In this document: in pieces, positions 40,110 through 51,822 of the stretch
Layout: the number at the start of each line of letters is the position of its first letter
Position numbering within the stretch: the stretch's first letter is position 1
Source: Octopus sinensis
Lineage: Eukaryota
Reading direction: 5' to 3'
NCBI RefSeq assembly: GCF_006345805.1
Contig: NC_043007.1
Coordinates: 25,668,001 to 25,732,000, forward strand
Length of the DNA: 64,000 nt
The notes under the pieces: model-generated
Databases searched by the model: none
The model's input: only the letters and a program-made list of their open reading frames with translations
Told to the model about the DNA's origin: nothing
Translations under genes and position numbers: made by a program

Positions 40110-43064
40110 GTATATATATAATATATTTATATATTAGGGCACATGGGCTTGAGGTTAGGGAGTTGCCCTCATGATCACGAGATCATGGTCTCAATTCCTG
40201 GACTGGGTGCTGCGTTGTGTTCTTGAGCAAAATACTTCATCTTGACGCTGTTCTGCAATCGCTTCGACACCTGACCCGTGGTACACTTTTGCACCTGTGC
40301 AGTCAACGTCAGTCAATTTGATAGACGGAGTGAGCTAATGACCATCAAATACATTTGATGACCAACGACAAATCGTTTGCACAGGTCGTTCAGCTAAAAC
40401 GGAACACTCACATACGTCTTCTTCGACGGGAGATTCCGTCTCACGGACACGGACACGCACACGCACACGCGACAGATAAGTGGATATCTAATGTGCGCCC
40501 GCCTGCTTAATTCGCAGGGATTTGGGTTGGGTCGGAATTTATGATATGAGTTGTTAGTTATCTGCCCCTGCCTGCTAGTCATGTAATAATGAAAAAGATA
40601 TACTAAACGATGGAGGCAGAAACGTCGACTGAAAACTTATAAATTTATAATCTTCAGGGTAGATAACTCTCAACATGTTTCACACCTAATTTCAAGGAGC
40701 TCCTGCCCAGCCACTTGTCTTACTAGAAATAGTAGCTAAATATTCCCTTTCCGTTTTGGGAGAGAGAGAGAGGGACACAATGAAGGTGGCGAAGTAGCAG
40801 AGTCGATAAAGTATTGGATAGACTACCTCACGATATTTGTTCTGAGGCTGCGTTGTAAGTTCAAATCCCATCGACGTCACTTTTGATTTTTTATCATTTC
40901 GGGGTCGATAAATAAAGTAGCAAACCAGGACTGATGTATTGCTGGAACTGTAGTTATCTGTCCCATAGTATCTGTTCCGATTCTTGCTACAACAATGATG
41001 CCCATATCGGTGGTGTTTCCTTTGGATAAACATCGTTAGCGCGAAGAGAGGAAACTCGAATGCATCGGTAACTACTAGGCTTCCTCAAAAGAACCCCACC
41101 CACCTAAATGTACAGAGGAAGAGTCAACCGTGTCTTACGGAAACCTCACATACATACATACATACTGTCACCAACTAACTCGCACATTGCAAATATAATT
41201 TGTAAGTGGAACAGTAAAAACATGTAAGACTTTTTTCAAGTTTAGGATGTGACATTGTTTTTGTTATCTACATTCCAACGATGAGCTTGGTTTGTTTGTT
41301 CCTTCTCGAGCCATGCCTGGCTCATAAGGGCCGGTTTCCTTGGCGTATAGGTTCCCCACCTGAACAGGACGCCGGTCCGTCGCAGGTGAGCTGCAAGATG
41401 CAGGAGGAAAGAAAGAGTCAGCAGAAGTTCGCCATTACCTTCTGCCGGAGCCGCGTGGAGCCTAGGTGCTTCACTCATAAACACACACATCGCCCGGTCT
41501 GAGATTCGAACCCGCGATCCCTCGACCTCGAGTCCGCTGCTCTAACCACTAGGCCATGTGACTCCACTATGGTGCTTGGTATGTTTGTTAGAAACCAGTT
41601 CCTTCCTCGGAGGACGAATTTAAGAAATTCAAAGCAGAAGAGGATATTCATATATGCACACATGCAATGACCAAAGAGAGGACGACTGGATCATGACCGA
41701 AATGCGTTTAACCGGAACGCGTTTGATCTGGTCTGACCAGGGGCTGAACAACGCTTCTATTGTCCGTGTAGTATCTTTGAAAAAGGGAAGGGCGTAACAT
41801 AGGGTTACTGGTTCAAGGTTGACATGGGACAAAACAATAACTCGAAGTTATAACAACAATAATTATTTCTACTCTAGGTCTTGATAATTTTGGGGGGAAG
41901 GGGACTAGTCGATTACGTCGCCCCAGTGCGTAGCTGGTATTTATTTCATCGACCCCCGAAAAGATGAAAGATAAAGTCGACCTCGGTGGAATTTGAACTC
42001 AGAGCATAGCGGCAGACGAAACCCCGCTAAGCATTTCGTTCAGAGTGCTAACGATTCTGCCAGTTCGCCACCTTCGCAACAACAATAATAATATTAATCC
42101 TTTCTACTAAAGGCATGAGGCCTGAAATTTGGTGGGCGGTGACTAGTCTAATTTATCGACTTCGAAAGGATGACTGGCAAAGTCGACCTCGGCGATGATG
42201 ATAATAATATAATAATAATATAATAATGATTGTTTCTAATTTCGGCACAAGGTCAGCTTTTTTTTGTGGGATGGCGTCATTAAAGTTTACCACACCATAG
42301 TGGGTTACACCATGGTTCCTCTGCTTTGTGGCAGAAGTAGGAAGAAAGAGTACAGCGGGGTTCACCACCCAACCCCCGCCGGAGTCTCGTGGAGCTTAGG
42401 TGTTTTTGCTAAATAAACACTCACAATGCCCGGTCTTGGAATCGAAACCGCGTTCTTACGACCTTAAGTCCACAGCCCTAACCACTGGGCCATTGCGCCT
42501 CCACGTACTGCTGCTGCTGTTGCTACTGCTACTATCTAATTCGTGAAGTCACACAGCCGCAAAATCTTCCCCTAAACTTTTGTGATCGATTCTCCAGACC
42601 TTTGGGTTTTCAAATCTTGTATTCATCCCTGTGTGTGTGTGTGTGTGTGTGCTATCACATACAAAATGAAATGAAGAGTTTTAACTATATTTTAATCAAA
42701 CTTTTGGTGAACAAGGTTATAGTAATTTTTCAGGGGTTTTTTTTGCGACGTTTTTAGCCTTGAAAAGCAATATTCTGTACGTATATACATACATACACAC
42801 GTACATACATGTGTGTGTGTGTGTATGTGGCTAATTGGGTGTATATGGATATCTATTTGTGTGTATATGCATATATATATACATATGTACCTTTTTGTAT
42901 GTAATCGATATATTTTTGTATGTCTGTGTGTACATAGATATATATATATATATATATGTGTGTCTGTGTTTATATATGTATATATATATATATATTCGTA
43001 AAAGCCTATATATATTTGTGTATGTATATATATATACATACACACATACATACATATACTATAC

Positions 43065-43112
<48 letters not shown>

Positions 43113-43268
43113 TATGTGTGTCTGTGTTTATATATGTATATATATATACATATGTACCTTTTTGTATGTAATCGATATATTTTTGTATGTCTGTGTGTAC
43201 ATAGATATATATATATATATAATATATATAATATGTATATAACATATATATATATATATATGTGTGTC

Positions 43269-43301
<33 letters not shown>

Positions 43302-43639
43302 ATGTATGGAAGCCTATCTATGAACATATCTGATTGGAGACATGTATGTATGTTTATGTATGGAAAGCCAGCCTCTCTATAATCTAGAACTACGTGTGTG
43401 TCTGATGCATTTCTCCGTCTGTAGCAAATACCTTACTCACTCCTACCTTAACCCCCGTCACTCCTCCACCTTCATATTCCTCGACCGCCATCACCAACGC
43501 CACCACACATCTAACTTTACAGGAAGTTTTATCCCCCCTGCCCTCTCTCCCTCCACAAGCCGTGCTATCATCAATCACTAAAAAACGAGAGGTTTAATTC
43601 ACTATGGGTGCTTTAGCTTATGCAAAAGGTCTCTGCCTG

Positions 43640-43687
<48 letters not shown>

Positions 43688-43713
43688 ATATATATAATAT
43701 GTATATAACATAT

Positions 43714-43745
<32 letters not shown>

Positions 43746-43976
43746 GTGATTGTGTGTATGTATATCTATGTATATATACAGGCATTTCCCACCCCACCAC
43801 AAATAAAGCAATTTTTTAAACGTATATTTAACATTTCTCCCTGATTAACGCGTGCACTCCCTCGTTCCCTCCCCTCCTTCACCAAGATCTTTTTACGTGT
43901 GCACACTCTCAAGCACACTTCACACACCTGTCACCACCACCACATGCACATACACACACTCACACACACACACACA

Positions 43977-44007
<31 letters not shown>

Positions 44008-44248
44008 AACACGTAGACATACACGCGTACGCACACGCATGAACATATTGCCTCATGCACATTTAGCACACTAACGCGTCCTACACTGTTCCTTTATTGC
44101 GTGCATACACACAATTTGTACATACACACAACTGCATGCACACACACACACATGCAATATATATATATATACACACGTAAATATCGAACAATGAGAATGA
44201 GTGCTCAACACAGCATTGGTGGATAGAAATTCTTTATTTGTGTATTGA

Positions 44249-44298
44249 GGCTATCATTGGTTTCATGTTAAGGAAATATCTCAACGATTCTTCAAGCC
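44249..44298 (-). ncRNA. Hammerhead-like motif with TTGAAGA (U3) core, inside a foldback
   Basis: GGC-TTGAAGA-8-bp stem II-GAAACCAATGATA-GCC. One stem III mismatch. Confidence 0.5.
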
Positions 44299-44425
44299 GA
44301 CCACATAGAAAAATTGGTGTTCCTCTCCGTTTTGGATTAAAACATCAATTTTTCTACGTGATTGGCTTGAAGAATTGTTGAGATATTTCTTAACATGAAA
44401 TCCACAGTCGACTTAATACACAAAG

Positions 44426-44461
<36 letters not shown>

Positions 44462-45461
44462 ATATATATATATGCTCACTACAGGATTTTTATAGGAAGA
44501 AACGCTATATACACTAATATGCACGTTCGTAGTCCTCGGTTAACGCAAGCAATATATATGTTTATGTGACCAATCATATACACATGCTTACATTTTTATG
44601 TGTGTCTGTGTGTGTGTGCGTGTGTTGTGTGTTTATGTGTGAGCAATAACACACAGACACACGCACGCGCCCGCCCGTAATGTTGTGTAAACCAGATTTT
44701 CAAGGCAATTTTTTTTTCTAAATGACAGTCGACAAATCCAGTAAGAACAGGTTGATAAAAATGAAAATGAAAAAGAAGATAAGATAGAGAGCGAGAAAGA
44801 GTGTGCGTATGCGTGTGTGTTTGAAGGAAGGTAAGAAAGTATGGAAGGCAGTTGATTTAACTTTATATGAATTATATCTTTATTATTATTATTATTATTG
44901 CTTTTTCCCTTTCACTGTCAATATCTTAAATATATTATTGTTGACGTTAAACTTGGATCGTTTCATTGAAGTGCAAATATTATTTGAAGTATGTGACATT
45001 AAAACTGCTATCTTTTTTTTAATATTTTTTTTACTCATTCATTTTGTGACACGGGCTGTGTATGTTGCTTTTATTTTCTTTTGCTTCGTTGAAGACCGAC
45101 AATTCCCTGTCTTTAGTTCACGAACCTAATTTTTACTACTTCATACTTTTTCTTTGATAGGGAAAGAGAGAGTAACAACAACAAAACCACATATATATAT
45201 TTTTTGTTTTGTTTTGGGGCTTTGTTTTTCTGGTTTCTTTTTCATTTTCTTATCTTCTCCAGAATGATGATTCACCATTTTCCTTGTCCTTATTTTAAAG
45301 GTTTTTTGCGTTGTCAACGCTATATTGACAGCTCACTTTCACATCTATATTGTTCAGTAGCGAAAGATGGCATCATTTGTGAGGAATTTGGCGTCGGTCA
45401 GTTTCAATGAGCAGGCATCTTCCTATTGAATTCGGCCAGTGGAATTATCTATTCATTGTAC

Positions 45462-45985
45462 TTCATTTCATTTCATTTCATCTAGTTTCAGCTCACGAGC
45501 TGTGGCCATGCTGGGGCACCGCCATTCGGTGTTGCTACATGATTTTTACTTCACGAATGCTTTTTAGCAATTGACATTTGGTGCATGAGCTGCCCTCATC
45601 TGCACCTTCTGTCGTGAAGTTGGTTCATCTGGGACACCTGACAGTAAGAGATCCAGTTTTATTTTGAATACACCTACATCCACCCCATGCAGGTCTCTCA
45701 GGTCCTTCGGGAGGATATTGAAGAGCTGTGGACCTCTGAAGCCCAGGCTATCGCAGTATCTTGTCCTACATCTTGATGGCAAATTTGGGGTCCTTGGCAC
45801 TATGCCAAGTTCTAGTATCTGTGTAACTCTCGATGCCAAAGTTTGGGACAAGTCCTTCCAGGATCTTCCAGATGTATATTATGGCATATCTTTCTCGCCT
45901 ACGCTCTAAGGAATAGAGTCTTAATCTCTTGAGTCTGTCCCAATAGCTTATATGCTGCACAGAGGCTATCTTCTTCGTTGTAGCT
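45462..45985 (-). mobile_element. CR1-type LINE 3' fragment with 3' UTR stem-loop and (GAAAT)n tail
   Basis: SYWDRLKRLRLYSLERRRERYAIIYIWKILEGLVPN..RGPQLFNILPKDLR..FKIKLD..VPDEP. Confidence 0.9.
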
Positions 45986-47898
45986 TCGTTGGATTGCCTC
46001 AAGTTCTGTGATTAATTTGACACTGGTTGATGACCATAGCTGAGAGCTATGTTGTACTGTAGTTCTATTGGATATAAGTTTTTATTCAACAGGCTCTTGT
46101 GCATTTAATGTACACTTCTGCACTGTCTTGTCATAATATTGTACGCTCTTGCACAAATACATGGAACCCTACAGTATTTATTTATTGACGGCAAGCCACA
46201 GCGTATGTAGCTAATCTTTGGGGCTCTTTGGGACCCTGCTCAATGTTTCCATGTCTAAAGAAAGCACCGCCTCTGGAAGATTCAGCGTGTAACTCTATGT
46301 GATGAAGTTGAAGCTGGTCCCTTGGATTATATGTACGGACCACTGGAGGCTTCCGCACAGTTTCTGTCTAGTCAGTTTCACACAGAAGAAACTTTAATCA
46401 ACCGGTTGTTATGCTAGGAGGTATCTGCTGTGTGGTCCCATTATTACGAAGCAAAACTGAGGCGGCGAGCTGGCGCAATCGTTAGCACACCGGGCAAAAG
46501 ACTTAGCGGCGTTTCGTCCATCTTTACTTTCTGAGTTCAAATTCTCCCGCGGTCAACTTTGCATTTCATACTTTCGGGGTCACTAAAATAAGTACTAAGG
46601 TCGATGTAATCAAATAGCCATCAAATAGCTCCTCCTCTCAAAAACTGCTGGGACCATGCCAAAATTTGAAACCATTATCATGAAGCAAAACTACTTTTTG
46701 TTCGATAATTCGATCAAACTACGCCATATTCAACATCAGTGATGCTCTCCTCACCGTGCACACGTAACACTGAAGTCTTATTTAAATTTTTATTTGCTTT
46801 TTAAAAATCCCACATGTGTACCATGCGATGGTATAAAAAAGTGGCTAACACAAGCATCCACAGCTGGTGCTGCCATCTGCTTGTCTTTGCTGTTGATGTC
46901 GGTGTACGTAATTACTCTATGCTCTGTGAAGCTATCCGTGTGTATGTTTTTTTTTTCTTTTAGATTTGGTTTCCATTTAAAGAAATGGAACAAAATCCCA
47001 AACACAACAATAAAAATTACAACAACCACTGAGCAACCCAGCACCAAAATACACAGCTTTATTGTGGTTCGATCCTTTGAACTTTGTGTATCAAACTTAT
47101 AATTAATGCACAATAACATGTTATATTTGAAAAAAGAAGAAAAAAAACTAAAAAAAAAACTTCGAAAATAAATAAATAAATAAAAGCAAATGAGGGAAAA
47201 AAATAATAAAAACCCAAGATAATAATAATCCCACATTCTAATATCTACCTATCCATATATATATATATTATATATATATATATATATATATGCACACATA
47301 CACACACACTCACACACACGTACGTGCACGCAAAGACACACACTAAAACTATTCAGCCTCACTATGCGTTTTAAATATTTACTGCTGGACAGTGGTGTCG
47401 TCTGTCTTTGATTACTGTATATATGTCTTATCTTAAATTAAACTACTTGTGACGCTAGTGGAAAATGTCAATGACATAAGTATTTTGGAAGATTGGTTTC
47501 TTAGTTCGTGTTTATTCGATTTTTTTTTTTCTTCTTATTCTTCTTATTTTTACATTATTTCTTTTCATCGAAAATCATGTCTGTTCGTCCTCCCTCCCCC
47601 CTACCCACTCAGCACACTCACACATACAAAGTAACAAAAATTTTCTGCAAATATTTTTAATGTCAGATTAGCTCCCACACTCCGGAAAAATTATTGAAAA
47701 AATTGTCTTAGGTTTTTTTGCTTAGACAACCAAGTGGTGTACAGTAACGTAATGTCGTGTGTGCAATCATATCAGAGTATTAATATATTAATATTAATAT
47801 GTTAATATCAATAAAGTATAAAAGACACCTATCCACAAAAAAAAAAAGATTTAAGTACAAATTTTAAAAATCTATATGTGAATTGGATATATATACAG

Positions 47899-47955
<57 letters not shown>

Positions 47956-48205
47956 ATATAATGTATACGCATTATATATATGTATATATATATATGTATA
48001 CAATATGTTATATATATATGTATTTATATGTATATATGTATGTATATATATATTTGTACGTATTCATATATATATATATGATGTATACATATATATATAT
48101 ATATATATATTATATATTATATATATATATATATATCTATATATATATTATGTATGTATATCTAGTATATATGTATGCATGTATATCTAAGTATATATAT
48201 ATGTG

Positions 48206-48236
<31 letters not shown>

Positions 48237-48668
48237 GTATATATATGTATATATGTATGTATATGTATATATATGTATGTATATACGTATATATATATGT
48301 ATATATATATGTCTATCTATGTATGTATATGTTATGTATATATATATGTATATGTATGTATATATATGTATATATGTATATATATATATGTCAACAAATG
48401 TGAGATATATAAGTATATTTGAGTTATAATGTAAATATATATAATCTATATTAATATATAATACTTTATATATACATGATATATTCATAACATGTATATA
48501 AATATATATGTATATATATAATAAAATATACGTGTGTAATTTATACCTATGTAAGTATATGTGATGAAAAGTCTATATGTAAACATGCACACACACATAT
48601 TTGTATATATTCATATCTATACATATATATATTCATATCTATACATATATAATTATAGATATATATAT

Positions 48669-48708
<40 letters not shown>

Positions 48709-49233
48709 CTATGTATATATTCACATATACGTATATTCTCTAAATATATATAATTATACTCACACACACATATATGTATGTATATACATGTATATACATA
48801 TGTATATATATATATGTTAATATTCATATATGTGTGGTTATATGTGTATATATACTCTTATAAATATACACATAAATATTTATGTATATATATATAATAC
48901 ACACATATGTATGTGCATATTTATATATATTTGTATATAAAACCACGTTTATATCCCTGTATATATATATATATATATAATATATATATATTATATATAT
49001 ATATATAATATATATGAACCAATACTTATATTTATAATGAAGTGTGAGTAATATAAAAATAATTTGTAGTGTCTACTTACTCTCTATGTCTGGTTATGTT
49101 TGATGAACATGAAACTGCTGATTGCATGTGAGTTCACAGTTCCACTATTGAAGTCGCACTCACAGATCCTCTGGTGAAATAAATTCACAGTCCATTCACT
49201 GTTTGCCTTGTGTCATGTTTTTATTATTGCTTT

Positions 49234-49269
<36 letters not shown>

Positions 49270-49372
49270 ACACACACACATACACACACACACATACACA
49301 CACACACACACACATACACACACACACACGTAAATATCGAATCATTCGTGGATAATTATTCTTTGTGTTTAT

Positions 49373-49420
49373 GGCTACCATTGGTTTCATGTTACAGAAT
49401 GCCTACACACTTATCAAGCC
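49373..49420 (-). ncRNA. Hammerhead-like motif with TTGATAA (U3-A8) core
   Basis: GGC-TTGATAA-stem II-GAAACCAATGGTA-GCC. Same family as 44249-44298. Confidence 0.5.
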
Positions 49421-49997
49421 TATCGCATGAAACGTTGGTGTTCGTCTCTGTTTTGTTTCAATCCAAAACAGAGACGATGTTTCATGTGATAGGCTTAATG
49501 GTTCTTGAGGGACTTCCCTTAGCATGAAACCAATGGTAGCCTTAATACATAAATATAGCATATATCTATATACATACATGCATAAACATATATATGCATA
49601 TGTGTGTGTGTGTGGGGGGTAAAACAAGCAAATTAGCTAGTTAGAAAGTCTCTATAAAAGATGAAAGCAGTAACAATGCCGAGAGGTAATGCTTATCGCC
49701 ACTTAAACATGGCTGTTCTGTAGGGACTGATGTTACGGTTATTTTTAACTCCAGGAGACGCCTCCCTCAGCTGGTTGTATAATGCAATCTACACCCGATT
49801 TATATTGCAAATATGGCAGTGAACTCGTACTATCTTCCAATCATAAGAAAACGATACGGATGTGTAAATGGCGATAAGCATTATTTTTCAGTATAGTTAC
49901 TCTTTGCTCTTCTTATAATGATTTTCTGATTAGCTAATCTGCTTGGTGCAAGATCAGTAACTGGAATGAACTGCTGCTATCTCTAGCGGACGAGTAT

Positions 49998-50054
49998 CCA
50001 CCACCGAGGATGACCACAAAGAGGTCGAAACCGTACGCTCATGTGGTCTCGTGG
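49998..50054 (+). ncRNA. Type I hammerhead-like motif (CCGAGGA core) within a 326-bp repeat unit
   Basis: Stem II GACC/GGTC, GAAA at 50027-50030, 6-bp stem III, GUC at 50046-50048, stem I CCACCA/TCGTGG 5 of 6 bp. Confidence 0.65.
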
Positions 50055-50214
50055 CTGGAAGATGGTAGTAATTCACTCATCTGCTTGCAATTTATATCGG
50101 GTGCAAATCACATCGAATAACCAACTGGAGGAGGCGTCCTCCTGGGGTTAAAAATAGCAGTAACGTCGGTTCCTACGGAACAACCATGTTTAAGTGGCGA
50201 TAAACATTATATAT

Positions 50215-50268
<54 letters not shown>

Positions 50269-50300
50269 TATACTTTATTTAAAGCAGCAGAAAATTCAAC

Positions 50301-50348
50301 AAAACCTGTTACTCTGAGTTTCCCGTTGCCGTTCGTCGGACAGTTTTT
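50301..50348 (-). ncRNA. Minimal type I hammerhead-like motif (CCGACGA core, GCAA tetraloop)
   Basis: AAAAACTGT-CCGACGA-ACGGCAACGG-GAA-ACTCAGAGT-A-ACAGGTTTT. Confidence 0.65.
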
Positions 50349-50494
50349 GCTAGTATTTGAGTACTCTTTTTTCCACCTTGTTTCACATTTATGTGTTTAC
50401 TCCGGTATATATATATATATATATATTTCAAAATTAACAGAATGAGAGAAAAATCCAAGACTGTGAAAAATTTCAGAACATTTATAAAGAGAAG

Positions 50495-50542
50495 GTCTTA
50501 CAGCTGTTTCCGGGATATTTTATATATCCCTTCATCGGAGAC
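50495..50542 (-). ncRNA. Minimal type I hammerhead-like motif (CCGATGA core, palindromic stem III ACAGCTGT)
   Basis: GTCT-CCGATGA-A-GGGATAT(ataaa)ATATCCC-G-GAA-ACAGCTGT-A-AGAC. Confidence 0.7.
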
Positions 50543-51205
50543 GGTCCGAGAAAATGGTTAAGCAATAGTTATTCTAGAGAAGATATGAAATAGAGAGTGA
50601 AGTGGAGGAATGAAAACAGACGTGAGATATGCAGGGATATTGTGTCTGCCATTCCATTATTTAAGCAGAATGGTATACATATAAGATTCCAGTTCCTTGT
50701 GAGTAAGTTCCAATAGTATTTAGAATTGGTCATTCCAAGCATAGAGTTAGTAAATCGTGTTATTGGATCGAGGGTTTTTTTGAAGTGACTTAAAAGTTGG
50801 GTATGTGTTTGTAAGGTCAAATCAAAAACAGGAAGAGAGGGAAGAGAAAAAGAAAAGCGGGGAGAGAGATAATAAAGAAATGAAGTGAGGGAAAGTGTAC
50901 TGGTTATTGGTCAGTCAGAATAAATTGATAGAAGGAACGGTGAGGTGAGGGTGTAATGGTGTCAGGAAGACCTTTGGGGGTCTTCTTGATACTATTTACC
51001 TCTCATAACCTATATTAATATATGTTGTGTGGTTTTTGTGATTATATAATATATATATATATATTTATATATATATTATATATATATATTATAGAGGCAT
51101 ATTATACATACATGCCACACGCTAAGAGGGACAAAATTAGTCATTCTACCAAAAATTTACTTCCCACCGAATGCAATTTTTCAAAGTAAGACATTTAAAA
51201 ATATG

Positions 51206-51251
51206 GACTTGTATCACCTGTGATTCATACCTCTGTATTCATCAGCAAGTC
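51206..51251 (-). ncRNA. Type I hammerhead-like motif with canonical CTGATGA core, one A missing from GAAA
   Basis: GACTTG-CTGATGA-ATAC(agag)GTAT-GAA-TCAC(ag)GTGA-TA-CAAGTC. Perfect 6-bp stem I. Confidence 0.6.
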
Positions 51252-51412
51252 TGGACGTATTATAAATAAACGACCCTACATCGTCAAAGCCGAGCAGCCA
51301 ACTGATCAACATCAACGACGCACATGGTTAGTTTACATATATTAAATCCGGGTAAATGTCAGACTTTTACGAATTGCATTTCGGGAAAGAAAGTTTTTTT
51401 TCGGAATAAAAA

Positions 51413-51822
51413 TTTAGCAATAAGGACAACTTCTAAATAAGGAAAACTTAACAAGAAATTATCGGGTAGATAGCGTGAAAAACCTCATAAGAGAAAAAAT
51501 TTCGAAAATAATTCTTTTTATTGAACATATTAAATTTATATATAGAGGGCATTATTATACATACATGCCACACGCTAAGATACATACATACATGCCACAC
51601 GCTATAATATATATAGAGGGCATTATTATACATACATGCCACACGCTAAGATACATACATACATGCCACACGCTATAATAATGCCCTCTATATATAAATT
51701 TAATATGTTCAATAAGAAAGAATTATTTTCGAAATTTTTTCTCTTATGAGGTTTTTCACGCTATCTACCCGATAATTTCTTGTTAAGTTTTCCTTATTTA
51801 GAAGTTGTCCTTAATTGCTAAA
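51413..51822. repeat. Foldback inverted repeat (about 147-bp arms) of the same element family as 6750-7115
   Basis: Arms 51413-51559 and 51674-51822. The spacer holds a 71-bp tandem duplication. Confidence 0.93.

Noticed and set aside
41600-41830. Possible exon (KPVPSSEDEFKKFKAEEDI...)
   Set aside because: Short, stops in all frames, no recognisable homology and no partner exon.
42870-43220. Direct duplication within a TA/TG array
   Set aside because: Ordinary slippage in low-complexity DNA; could also be an assembly artefact.
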